From Catajapyx aquilonaris (lineage: Eukaryota): a stretch of 47,881 nucleotides of DNA. Positions 1-10,921 of this stretch are shown here, in pieces (the stretch's first letter is position 1; every line of letters begins with the position of its first letter). The position numbers and the translations under genes are program-made. The DNA is taken from positions 186,001 through 233,881 of the forward strand of contig KZ537959.1 in the NCBI GenBank assembly GCA_000934665.2. The letters run 5' to 3'. A model generated the notes under the pieces. The model saw only the letters and a list, made by a program, of their open reading frames with translations. It made no database searches and had not been told where the DNA came from.

Positions 1-1339
1 AAAAAAAAATGTCGCGCCAACACATTGTACCTGATCTGGCAAGTTGTTGGATGTGTGTGTATGTGTGTTGCGTATGCTGGCTATGGATGGGTTGAACAAC
101 ACGGGAGAGCGAGAGGGAGCTGCAGAGCAGTCGATAAAAGGTGGTGTCGGGAGAAATGTGTTGACTGGGAAACTCTCAAGTGGGACTTGATGTACTTGAG
201 AGCAGCTCCATGATGAATAGTCGAGCACAACTTTTGGATGGATTTGCATCGGAAGGCTCACACCATCCGACCTTGCTTTTATTTCCTCCCAACTTTGGGC
301 CTGGGTGGTGATTTGGCGTAAGAAGCGGTGTGCGCCGCTATCAGAGGAGCGCCTTCTGCTGCTGGGCCTGTTTTCACCTGGGAGAAGTGATAGGAAATAG
401 GAGCGGAAGGAGCAGAAGGAAGGAGGGGAAATGCGATTAGCCGGCGCTGAAAGGCCTTTTCTACCTCTCTCACTCTCACTCGCTCTTCATTTTGGCTGCG
501 AGTTTGTTTTTCCGACCCAGAAAGGGGCAAAGTTGCGTGCCTGATCAGATGGGGAGAGGATTGATCGATTGGGGAGGGCCGTGCGTGTGTATGTTCTGCA
601 TACACGCCTCGTACAATAGCGTCCAACTGCAACCGGTTGGTTCTTTGTGTGGGTGAATGTAGTGCAGGCCTACGGGCTCATTGATCCTTTGCCCTCTCCG
701 ACACGTCACCTGAGTTGTGTTCAATGGGAGGTGCGCACTGGTCCTGCGCACCTGCAGGATAGCCCCCCTACCCATCCTCCTCCTCCTCCTTCCCCCACCT
801 TATTCCCGCCACAATCCTCATTAACAGTGCGCCGCAGCGCCAAACTCGACGCCAGCAAAAGGTTTTCTCAGCGCCGGACTCTACACATTGCATTTGCGGC
901 ACATTCCTGCAAAGATGCAGCTGAAAAGGAATGTGATTGATACCGCACTGGCCGACGGCTGCCACTTGTTTCACGCACAATTGATTTCCGTCTAAGCATT
1001 GCCCGAGCAATTACACACAACTAGGCAGTCCGCCGGGAAGGAGATGGTGGGTGGTGGGCATATAGGATTGGTCCAGATGCAGGGGAAAGGAGAGCTGCCG
1101 ATATCGATTTAGTCATTTGGAATTCGCCAATCATCATCTGCAGTCTGGAGTTTTGGGGCTTGCGGCTGTATGAAGACGAGAGAGCTTAGCTATATACAAG
1201 TTCTTTCCGGCACAACTTTCTCTTCCCCCAACTTGTGTATTGACGAGTCTTGCGCTTGAAGACGGGGTGGTAGCGGCAGGGGGGCTGCTTCCTATACCTG
1301 GCCGCTAGCGAGCAAGCAGCTCTGGATGGATGGAAGCTG

Positions 1340-1357
1340 CGTGGGAACCTGTGGGAA
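1340..1357 (+). promoter_or_regulatory. Tandem Su(H)/CSL sites (CGTGGGAA, TGTGGGAA)
   Basis: Two YGTGGGAA matches 10 bp apart. Further matches at 5122-5129, 7212-7219 and 9457-9464. Confidence 0.4.
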
Positions 1358-4300
1358 CTTAACACTCTTACCACCTGATAAACCTAGCGCTACAAAACTC
1401 TTCTTCTCTCGCTAGATTTACTGCCGTTATTCTGAAAACTCATCCGGATTTTAGCCTCTGACATGGAGTGTGTATGCGACTGTACAGTGCATGTGGGTTG
1501 ACACTGGGCCTTCGTGCACGTAAGTCACCTCTTTCTGTTGCTGCGGAGTAATTCTGTTCGGAAATTTGCATAGTACTGTGAGATCCTGGATAACTCGAGA
1601 AACACCACCTTTGATGTAGTCTGCAAATGAGGTGGTAAGAAGGCTTGATCAGTGCCTTGCAGACTAAATGGATCGTTTAGAGTGAGTGATGTGAGGGAAA
1701 AGTCCACAAATAAGGGCTCATTACTGCCAGGGCAGTGGTTAGAAGAATACGCAATCTGTTTATCGGTTATTGGATAACCAATTTGTGCCAAAGTTTTTCT
1801 TCATAACTGCACGAAATATTTAAAAAGGCACGGCCCTGTTCTTTTATGCATCGGTTTTAATAAAACGATGAATGCACAGTTATTAGCCTGACATGACCTG
1901 TCGTCATACTGTCATAGACTACTAAGATTACAAGCTGACCTGCAACGCTCGATAAACGAGAAAAATTGGCACAGTTCCACGGGAAACCCACGCTTGAGTA
2001 GTTAACCTGTACTCTTTTTCTCTGACTCCTAAGTGGTCTTAATGGGATCCTTTTAACTTTTGAATAGTTCTTCTTGAATCAATAACTTTTCCCGGATAGC
2101 GAGACTTTCTGCCGGCTGGCGAACCCCATGAGTGTTTTATATTTCCTATCGAACTGTTACTAATTGAGGATCACTTGTGACCGTTCGAGTGTAAGCGGTG
2201 CAGCAGGAACCGGCTGAATTAATAAACGGATTCAGGGCAAGCACCGCCGAGAGAAGGCGGCCGGACTAGCTAGTTCCGGCCGTGGTTGGCTGCAAAGCCC
2301 GTACTTTTAAAGCGGTGGAAGCAGTGGAAATGCGCTTGCAGGAAATCCCGCCAGATGACAAAGGATTCCCGGAGCCGCCTATTAGGCAATTGTCCAGAAA
2401 CAGCTAACGATTACCGCCTCCCCCAAATATATTGCCATACTTGTTCTTGGTTCCCGAAAGCGGTAAAACTCGGGGGGGCCCAGATAGTTGGAAGGATCCT
2501 TTCATCCGGGCCCGCTTTCTGCTCCGCCGCCGCTAATATCCCCCCCAGCATATATAGAGAGAGAGTATGAATTCAGTGTCATTCCGCAGAACTAGGCTTG
2601 TGCTGCTGCTGCCTGTAGGAGCCTCCTTCTTTAGTGGCAGTGATTGAGAAAGAAGGGAGTTTGAGCGCAGTTCCGGCGGAGACTGGCGGCAGGAAGCCAC
2701 TATTGGAGAAGACGGATGGTGGACAAATATGATCCAAGCATGCCCTTGCTGATGCGGCTGGGAAATGACTTTGCTAGCTGCAGGGGAATATAAAGAGTAA
2801 AGGGGGAGGGGGAGGGGGAGGGAAGAAAGCGTGGCTCTAATTTTTTAGGGGCTTATCTAGAGGGCGAATGGAATGTTGGTAGGGCTCGATAAGAGGCTGA
2901 ATGGATGCCTAGGGGAATGAATGAATCGTCAGGAGGCAGCATCGCGTCGCGCCGCATGGCATCACCTGACAAAGTCGGCATCCATCCGGCCTCCACCTTC
3001 TTATATAGAGCAAGCAGGCTCAGTTATATACCTTTCCGTCCACCCTATCTGCACCGCTCCATTCGTCCCCGGCCTTGATTCGTGCGACACATCTGAATGA
3101 CTCGACGCTCCTTCCTGCCCACTTTCGCTGGCCATTCGTCACCCGGCTTCTTCGGCCCGGGTAATGCCTACAAACGAGATGGAACAGGCCCGGACGGCTG
3201 GGGTCACGACCTCTTCCTGCCACTTGGATGCGGGGTCAGGTCGAATATTTCTTGTTAAAACATATAGCTAAACTGGTGGACCCGGCTGGGGGCAGAAACT
3301 CCCAGGTGGACTGGCGGCATGTGAGTGTGTTTGGATAATGGGCGCGACGGGTGTTTTGTATAGCTGGGAAAATCAGAGTCCGAGCCCGCATGGCTAGCGT
3401 CCATTTTGATAATTGAGGGCCGGGGACTGGGAACGACCGGATTGTTAGCGCCCGCTGCCTGTTGTGCACGATGCCGCCGTTGCAACCTTACCACTGTGTG
3501 TATGCGCCAGTGCGCTTTGCCGCTGTAACCACCGCCGCCCCTGCTGCTGGACCATCTCCAAACAATAGTTTAAGTAGATGTCACGGGGCTGCATCCAGCC
3601 AGATAAAAGAGTCATGGCCGGAACGTGCACTTCAGTGCCGACTTTATTCATGTACTTGCATGCGATGCAGGGGCTTATGGGCGGTACGTGGCGGGCCTAG
3701 TCCGACTCTTCACTGCAGACGCCGCGTTCTCCTGCCTCTCTATTTAGGCAAAAATGGCCATCCTCTTTAGGATTCCACAGCGATGTGCGTGAGTCCCTCC
3801 TCGAAAAACACATGCCCCTCATTCAAAATATACGAGCTAAGCTACATACAGTACCGGCTGAATAATGCAGCGCCAAGGAAACGAGCTGCCACTTTCAATG
3901 CGTCACGGCCAATTTGAAGGCGTCTTTTGCCCCGCAATCCGTCATAATTTTTGCTGGCACAGTCGGCGTCTCTGATTCGAGTTCCAGTAACTTGCGGAAC
4001 GAGTATGGCGAGAAACAAGGTAAAAACCTGGAGGCGGCGAGTAAGCGCTGATTTGTAAAGGTGGGGGAGATGATGAGACACCAAAGCGGCTCCAATTTTG
4101 TAGCGGGGATTTTCTCCGGGCCAAGTTTGCGTGGGAGGATTGGGAGGAGAGGATGGGTAGGGAGGGAGGGAGTAATTAGCATGGGAAGAGGGTAGCGAGC
4201 ATGGATTTCAGGTCGGGCCAGGTGGTGGTGGGCCAAGCAAGCAAGCACTCTGTCTTGTTCCGGGCCAAAAAGTAAATCCAGGCTCCCAAGTCAAGCAGCC

Positions 4301-5559
4301 ATTGCAGATTCAGCGCGTGGCTCTTGATGGCCTCCGGTATCCATACAAGGGACTCTCATTTCCGCTCGCCACTACACCCAGCCGGGTCAAGTGGGCCTCG
4401 CCGGGTTGGGAGAGAGGGGACGTGGATAGGTGATGGAGCTGGGAATACACATGGTCTGCAGCGCACGTATCTGGTCATGTGTGAAGTGTGTATGATGAAT
4501 GGCTCGGAGTTGCAGTTGGGAAACCTGGGCCATGCCGCCATCTGTTCGAGGACTGGGGCAGCATCATAGGGGACAGTATGGTGGAGCCTCTGCCGACGGA
4601 CCAGGGGAATCAGGAGGATACGAGACTGGGAGCGAGCGCCATCTGCCGGGTTCCGCATCAGTTAAAGAGTTTGACCCTGCTTGGCTGCCTCCGCAAGTGG
4701 CATTCCTTGTCATCTCCGGTACATGTATCTGCCCACGACATGTTTTACGTGCGATTTATTTACACCCAGTTTCTGCCACTGCGTTGCCCGTTTTTTAAGC
4801 GCTTCTACTTTCCTGCCTGACTCACGCTGCCTTCTTTAATTACTTGACTCACCACTTGGCTAGGACACTGGATGGGAGGGAGGGTTTGGGGAGAAGGGGA
4901 GGAGCTGTCATCAATATTGTTGGAACTCTGGCTTAACGCGCGATATTGGCCGCTTGTAACATTTTAAGAATTGGCTGCGGCAGAGGTTTTGTACGGAGGT
5001 GGCATCGTGTCCGGGACTTGGCAGCAGATGGATTCACTTCCGGCCGACACCAAAAATAAGCGGACCCTGGTCTATTTTGACTCCCGCGCTTGGAGACGAG
5101 ACGATCCCCAGAGGAGGAAGCTGTGGGAAGGAGGGAGTCTTTTTCACACCATTGCATTGCACAGGCAGGCTAAAGCGAGGAAAAAAGCACGAGATGATGG
5201 AATCTGAATGAAACGACGGGTTCGCTGACACTGCCAACGCTTTATTGCGGGAGATGGTACATGAATTGCGCAAAAGAATGTCGGTTGGGTAGCAATATGA
5301 GTGGCAGTCAGTCATCCTTCGGAGAAAGAGCTAGAGGAAGGAAGCAGCTGCTGTCTGGAACAGAATCACACGTGTTTCCACCCCCCACTGACCTCCCCCA
5401 CCACCAAGCAACCCCACCCACCCAAACCACCATCCCCAGCACCAGACCCAAACAGGCAGCCTCCCTCCTGTCTGTCTAAGGAAGTCCCACCCTTCCTTCC
5501 AGACTCAATCAACCATTGGTATCACATTGTTGCAAGGGGACGATGCTATGCTGGTCTAT

Positions 5560-5637
5560 CCCGCGAGTACTCCATACTTCTTTACATTCCATAAGTCGTA
5601 CACAATATGGCACGTAAGGAAGCATGGCGCTCTCGAC
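5560..5637 (-). ncRNA. mir-1: pre-miR-1 hairpin; mature miR-1-3p 5591->5570, star arm 5627->5606
   Basis: + strand 5570-5591 CTCCATACTTCTTTACATTCCA is the exact reverse complement of arthropod miR-1 (UGGAAUGUAAAGAAGUAUGGAG). The 5p arm CCAUGCUUCCUUACGUGCCAUA pairs with it across a 14-nt loop containing UGUG. A CNNC motif (CAGC) starts 17 nt downstream of the 3p end. Confidence 0.98.
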
Positions 5638-5688
5638 AGGGTTCGTCCCCGGTCCAGGTAGCCACTCCTGCCGGCGAAACTAACTTAC

Positions 5689-6005
5689 CTGCCGCCGAAG
5701 AGGAGGTGGGCATCCGTGGACCGAAGACCAGGATGGATGCTGCAGACGGTCCTTCTCTTGAGGAAGATCCGAGGGAAAAGAAGGGAAAAGAGAGGGGAAG
5801 GCTGGAGGAGGGCTGTTGGCTGGCTGGTTGGGGGCGGCTGAGGCCACAAAAAGCGGGTGGGTCTTACTACTGCCTCTCTGGTCTGCTTCTGCTGGCTTGG
5901 CAGCAGCCAGGCAATGTCGTCCTACTCCTCTCCGACTGCTGTGTTGTTGAGCTGCTTCCTCCTCCGGCCGCGTCCGCCCACCTTCTGGGATCAGTCTGCA
6001 GGGAG
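5689..6005 (-). ncRNA. Putative exon of the antisense pri-miR-1 host transcript
   Basis: Consensus donor CAG|GTAAGT on - at 5689/5688, about 60 nt upstream of the hairpin. Candidate acceptors CCCCTCCATTTTTAG| (exon start 6005) or CTCCCTGCAG| (start 5995). No protein homology recognised. Confidence 0.45.
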
Positions 6006-8454
6006 CTAAAAATGGAGGGGCAGACACCGGAGACGGCACACGGGCAAACACGCACACATATACGTGTGGGGGGTGGGGGGGCTGGAAGGAAGAGGGATGC
6101 TGTTCGTGCTCCTCTCTGCTCTTCTTTGCATCCTATTGGTCCGCCAAATTTGTCCCGTCCCGAAATATCTACACCCCCTTCCATCCCCCCTACACGTATA
6201 CTGTACACACACCACGAGCGAGTCGTGTGCAGGACCCCCCACCCACCCCCTTACGCTTGAGTTTGGCGGAAATGCAACGTTCAGGATGGGCATGTGCGCT
6301 GGCTATAGCAAGGATTCAATGGCTGGCGAAAATTTTGACAATATTTTACACCGAGGGTATTGTTGAGGTCGCAGGTACATGTGTTGCTGGCGACACTCCA
6401 AATGGATTCCCTTCCTATGCCGGCCATGAAGACTCATCGTGTCATACAGTAGTGAACCTGGTGTTTCCCACTGCCATGCCAGTCGCGCCTGGGCTCCATA
6501 GGATGCACGGAATAATGAATGTCGTTGCGTGTAACTTGCGTCATTGTCCGTTATGACGCGATTGCCTCATCTAATGGACTCAGGAAGAAGTCGGACCTCC
6601 GTTCATTGGTCTAGGGGCCCCGGTCATATGGCTGGGTGACGTCGGACGCCCCCACCCAACACACGCCGAATGATAAGGGCAAGGATGGCGAAATCTTAGA
6701 ATTCAAGTCCTACTCAACCGCAGACATATTTGAATCCTCCCATTTGGAGTGTTCGCGAGCCTCTTTAGGACTGCCGCAAAAAACGAGAGAAATACTACCC
6801 CTGTCGGTATCCTCTTACGTCGTGTGAGACACCAACTGGATGGGGAAAGGGTGGGGAGAGGAAGATGGGGGGACATGGCTGCTGGAAAATGTAGTAACAA
6901 CGTTGACGTCACGAATGAACTCGTTTTCGTTAAGGTTTTTCATGTTTATCGTGGATCACGCCTTTTGGTTGTGCCTATACCAGAAGGTTAAAACCCTTTA
7001 TCCGTTTTCGGGGGGAATAATTAGGATTTACTTTCTCGCATTGCATTGCATGGCAATCCATGTAGCAGGGTGCAAACGGTCTCAGTTCAAGGCCAAGAGT
7101 CACGTGAAGGACACTTGATGTGCACATCATTTTATAACTGTCTCCCAGATAACATTCGGATCCAGCTACAAATAATTACCGCCTCGATTATTGTAGTTGT
7201 ACAATTAGGCCTGTGGGAAAATGGCTTAATTGGAGCGGATGATATTGGCGCATATGAGCTTAAGTATAAGGACAAAGAGTCGGAGGTTATCTGGGCCCTG
7301 CCGCAGTGTGCAACATCCCCATCATCCACCGAATGTGTGTGTGTCGAACAACTAAGAGATTCAATCGGGAAGTGATTTTAATTCTGGAAAGTTGTCCCTG
7401 ACACGTTTATAGGCCCGCCTATTTGTTGAGCCTACACCACACTGCACAACCTAATTGAACTGGGGACACATGCATTGGTTAACAGTGCAGGTGCAAGTGA
7501 AGAGCGCCCCCGCCACAATGCAATGGCGACAAGATTAGTGCTATGTTCAGGAAGGTTAGGGACTGGCATTGTTGGTCGGGGGTTGCAGACAAGGAAAAAG
7601 GCAGGCAGGCAGGCAGGCAAGCAGCCAGCCAGGCCTAGACCTCAATTGAATTAGTGGCAGGGAGGTTAGGGGGGTGGGGGGTATGGAGGTGGTGGGGAAC
7701 ATGTAATATATACGGAGATGGGTGCAAGGCCAGAAGGGGCTAACTATATGGTGTCATTGAAGAGCTGGGTCCCACGCGCGTCCGAATGAATGTACACTCT
7801 TGCCGTACCCATTCTTGGAGGAGGAGGAGGCGGAGGAGGAGGAGGAGGACCACTGTCGTCGACACGTGCTCACTCTCACAATAACACTGGCACCAAACAC
7901 TTTCGGATGATGCTCCCTCCTCGACTGCTCTTCCTTCCTTGGTGCGTTTGGTCGCTGGCTGTTGCAGTGTAGCGGCAAAGGGGCCGCCACGGGTCAAGTG
8001 GCTGCTGCCTGGGAGGGTGGGAGAGCATCAGGGGGTCTGGGGGGTAGGAGGAGGAGGATGGGGGGGTACCAGAGTGGGGGCGGGGAGTGCTCCCATATTG
8101 GAGGCCAACGCATGGAGCAGTCCGACATCGCGATACTTTTCACTCCGACTGGATTTTATTCGAGAAAATGGCCGGTATTTGCTCAGCCGGATTCCATTCA
8201 TATGTGAGAGGTCAAGGGGCTGGGAGGGGTCAGGGCTAGTGACCCCGCTGTTGATGCTGGCCCGGGTCCAGCCGCACACAAATCTGCTATAGCCCGGCAC
8301 AAGCCCCATTCATTGTTGAAACGTGAGTCAGGCCCGGCTTATTTCGGCAGATCGGGTCACCGGACACCGACGCATGCAACGTGCTCTATAAACTGCTGGA
8401 TAAGTAAAAGGAGATGGGTTAGGGTGGTTGGGTTGGGTGGGGGTGGGGGGAATA

Positions 8455-8464
8455 TTAAAAATAA
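8455..8464. promoter_or_regulatory. MEF2 consensus site TTAAAAATAA
   Basis: Matches YTA(W)4TAR in an otherwise GC-rich region about 2.8 kb upstream of mir-1 on its own strand. Confidence 0.35.
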
Positions 8465-10467
8465 ATGGGAGCGTGTGTGTGTGAGAGAGAGAGGAGGGGG
8501 ATGGCGCTTGTCCTTTTTCGGTCCTGGCAATAAGAGTCGTGCTTGGAGCCGCCAGGAGAGAAATAGCTGAGCCCACTTGGGAGGAGCCAGCAGGCTGCTG
8601 CTTGCAGGAAGAGAAGAGGAAGGAAAGAAGAAGAAGAAGACGGCGAAAGAGAAGGGGCTGGTGGTTGGTTGCGTGTGATATTGCAAGGGACCGAAATAGG
8701 AGGAATGCCTGCCTGCCTGCCTGCCTGCTTGCTGCTTCCAGGGGGGACATTTTTGGCAGCCTCCACTTCACACTACCAACTATGCCACTTCCCCCCTGCT
8801 GGTGTGCAGCCTCCTTGGAGACAACTCCCCCGCCGCTGCTGCCGCCACCCCCTACTTTGGTCCAGAAAAAGACGCGCTATGAATCCGGCCTCGTCGGAGG
8901 AGCAAGCTTTACGCGATTGCATCTACAGTTCTGCACTTTCTTGGCACATCTCACTCTGCCACGGACGTTTGCGTAATGGGTTTTCGCACGTGTCAAAGTA
9001 CCGGGGCTAAAATTCTTGGCCGATGGGATTGTTCTCGTGGCGAAACTCTGACAAGATTCTAAAATTACATCCTGGCTGACTGCGGGTTTTTTAAAATGCC
9101 GATAATTTTGCCCTTCCTGGTTTTTATGTGACTAGTCGATTGGGTAACAGTTCACTTGCGGATAACTGGGAGGTCATGTGATTAAGTGCAATTTTGATAG
9201 CGTGTATCGGGGTACAGATTTGGCCGGGGTACAGATCGGGCGAGTAAGGTGCGCCGCATATGTAACTTTCAGCAGCAACAAATAATGCGACATTTAATGC
9301 GGGCTGGCTAATTACTTAATGGATGATCCTGTTGCTACTGGCAGTAAAAACGTTAATGCGAGAGGGTTTTTTAATGGAATACTTCATTTTGTAATTCGAT
9401 TAGACAGCGTGGATTGTAACTTATGGAACCCCCTGTACATGTACGAAAATTGCAACCGTGGGAAACTTTACAGCGATGGACACATTTTTGCTATTTCTGG
9501 GAGTGCCTAGCGACACTTATAATTCAAGGGCGAACTCGTATGGGCAGTAGGTACACGAAGTCGTTCACTTGCGTATGAAACAGTTTTTAGTGAGATTTGA
9601 CTGGTAGCTATGAGTGTATCCAGGCACGACTTATTTGTGAGTGGGGGGGGGGGGGGGGGGGGTGCCCAAACTTTCCGAGAACTTGTGTGTTCTCTTGGTA
9701 CGTGACTTGGACTTGGTATGTGGACCACCTGAGCACAACCTGAGATGATGATACTATAGTTAATAAAATATTTCGAGTGATTTGGTATTGAAATGGGCTT
9801 AGCATTCCTGCCCTGTTCATCCTGCCACTATGATATTTGTTTCATTTTCCTCCTTCCCATAATTCTCCCGAATTAGCTTTTCACTTCTGGCATGTATAAG
9901 AAAGAAGATTGTGAGTCGGTATTGCCTCATGTAATATCATTACAGTAAGCAGAACCTAGAAGCAGTGTTAGATGCCCAGGTTTTAAAAAACTTCTCCGTA
10001 TCATATATTTCCAAATCTGGGGTTGTAACTGTATGTGTGATATTGATGCACCACAGAAAATAATATCAGAGATATGCCGTGCACTGAAACCATTACAATG
10101 AGAATTTCTAAATATAATTTTTTACAGGCTATAGCACACGTTACTCTGATCAGTTCTAGAAATGCTTTCTTGTCTGAAATGCTCGAAATAAAGTCTAAAA
10201 TATTAGTGATGCTGTGTCAGTTTGTCAGTTGGCTGGTGATGGCTGCAGCTGTACCCTCATTGCAGAGGGAATCTGAGAAATGGGTGGATTGGGCTGCCTA
10301 GCCTCTAGGATGGAGCATCCCACTTTTTTCTTCTTCTTTTAGGCTAGCAGGTGTTCCCAGATTACCACATCTTTTCAGAATAAACTGGGCCAAGAACTGG
10401 GGATTTTTGTGGGGTGTGAGGGAATAAATGCCTTTCACCAGTGTGATGATTTCTATTCAAGTAAGGG

Positions 10468-10788
10468 GGGGAGGGGCGCTGCGGTAACGTATACGCCCAC
10501 GGATGGAAGGGTCCCAGGTTCGATCCCAGCCCGGGGTCTCCCCCCTTCATCTCGTGCAGAGTTGGGTCGTCTCTGGCTTCGTCTTGGGTGGAATCTCCAA
10601 CAGACTAATTCACCTGGGGAGTTCACAAAATGTACCATTTGAGACATTGCACTGCACATTGCACATCCACTCCCACTCACCCTGCCCGTGTGGCCCAGGT
10701 TCCAGATATGTACTGTATAGTACTACTCAGTATAATAAAGGTCCATGGTGCATTACCACTACCCTGATTATTATTATTGTTGTTGTTG
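10468..10788 (+). mobile_element. tRNA-derived SINE in mib1 intron
   Basis: B-box GGTTCGATCCC at 10518-10528 and (ATT)n(GTT)n tail. Flanking TSD TTCAAGTAAGGG (10456-10467) / TTCAAGGAAGGG (10789-10800). Confidence 0.75.
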
Positions 10789-10921
10789 TTCAAGGAAGGG
10801 AATTAATCAGTTTTTTGGGATCAGTGAGAGGATATTTTAGTAATGAAAGTAGTTGTGATAAATCATTGGTTTTTATGTGCGTGTAGTATATTTATGCAAG
10901 TATTTTATATTCTACCTCTAG

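Noticed and set aside
5607..6260. 217-aa ORF on + overlapping the miR-1 star arm
   Set aside because: No recognisable domain; low-complexity GC-rich sequence within the inferred mib1 intron. Better explained as a chance ORF.
6668..6680. GAATGATAAGGGC resembling the 3' end of miR-184
   Set aside because: No seed match and no hairpin.
370..7500. Numerous CANNTG E-boxes
   Set aside because: About one per 256 bp is expected by chance, so they are uninformative without conservation data.
25..9010. Many overlapping 60-150 aa ORFs
   Set aside because: No motifs or coherent exon chain; expected in GC-rich non-coding DNA.
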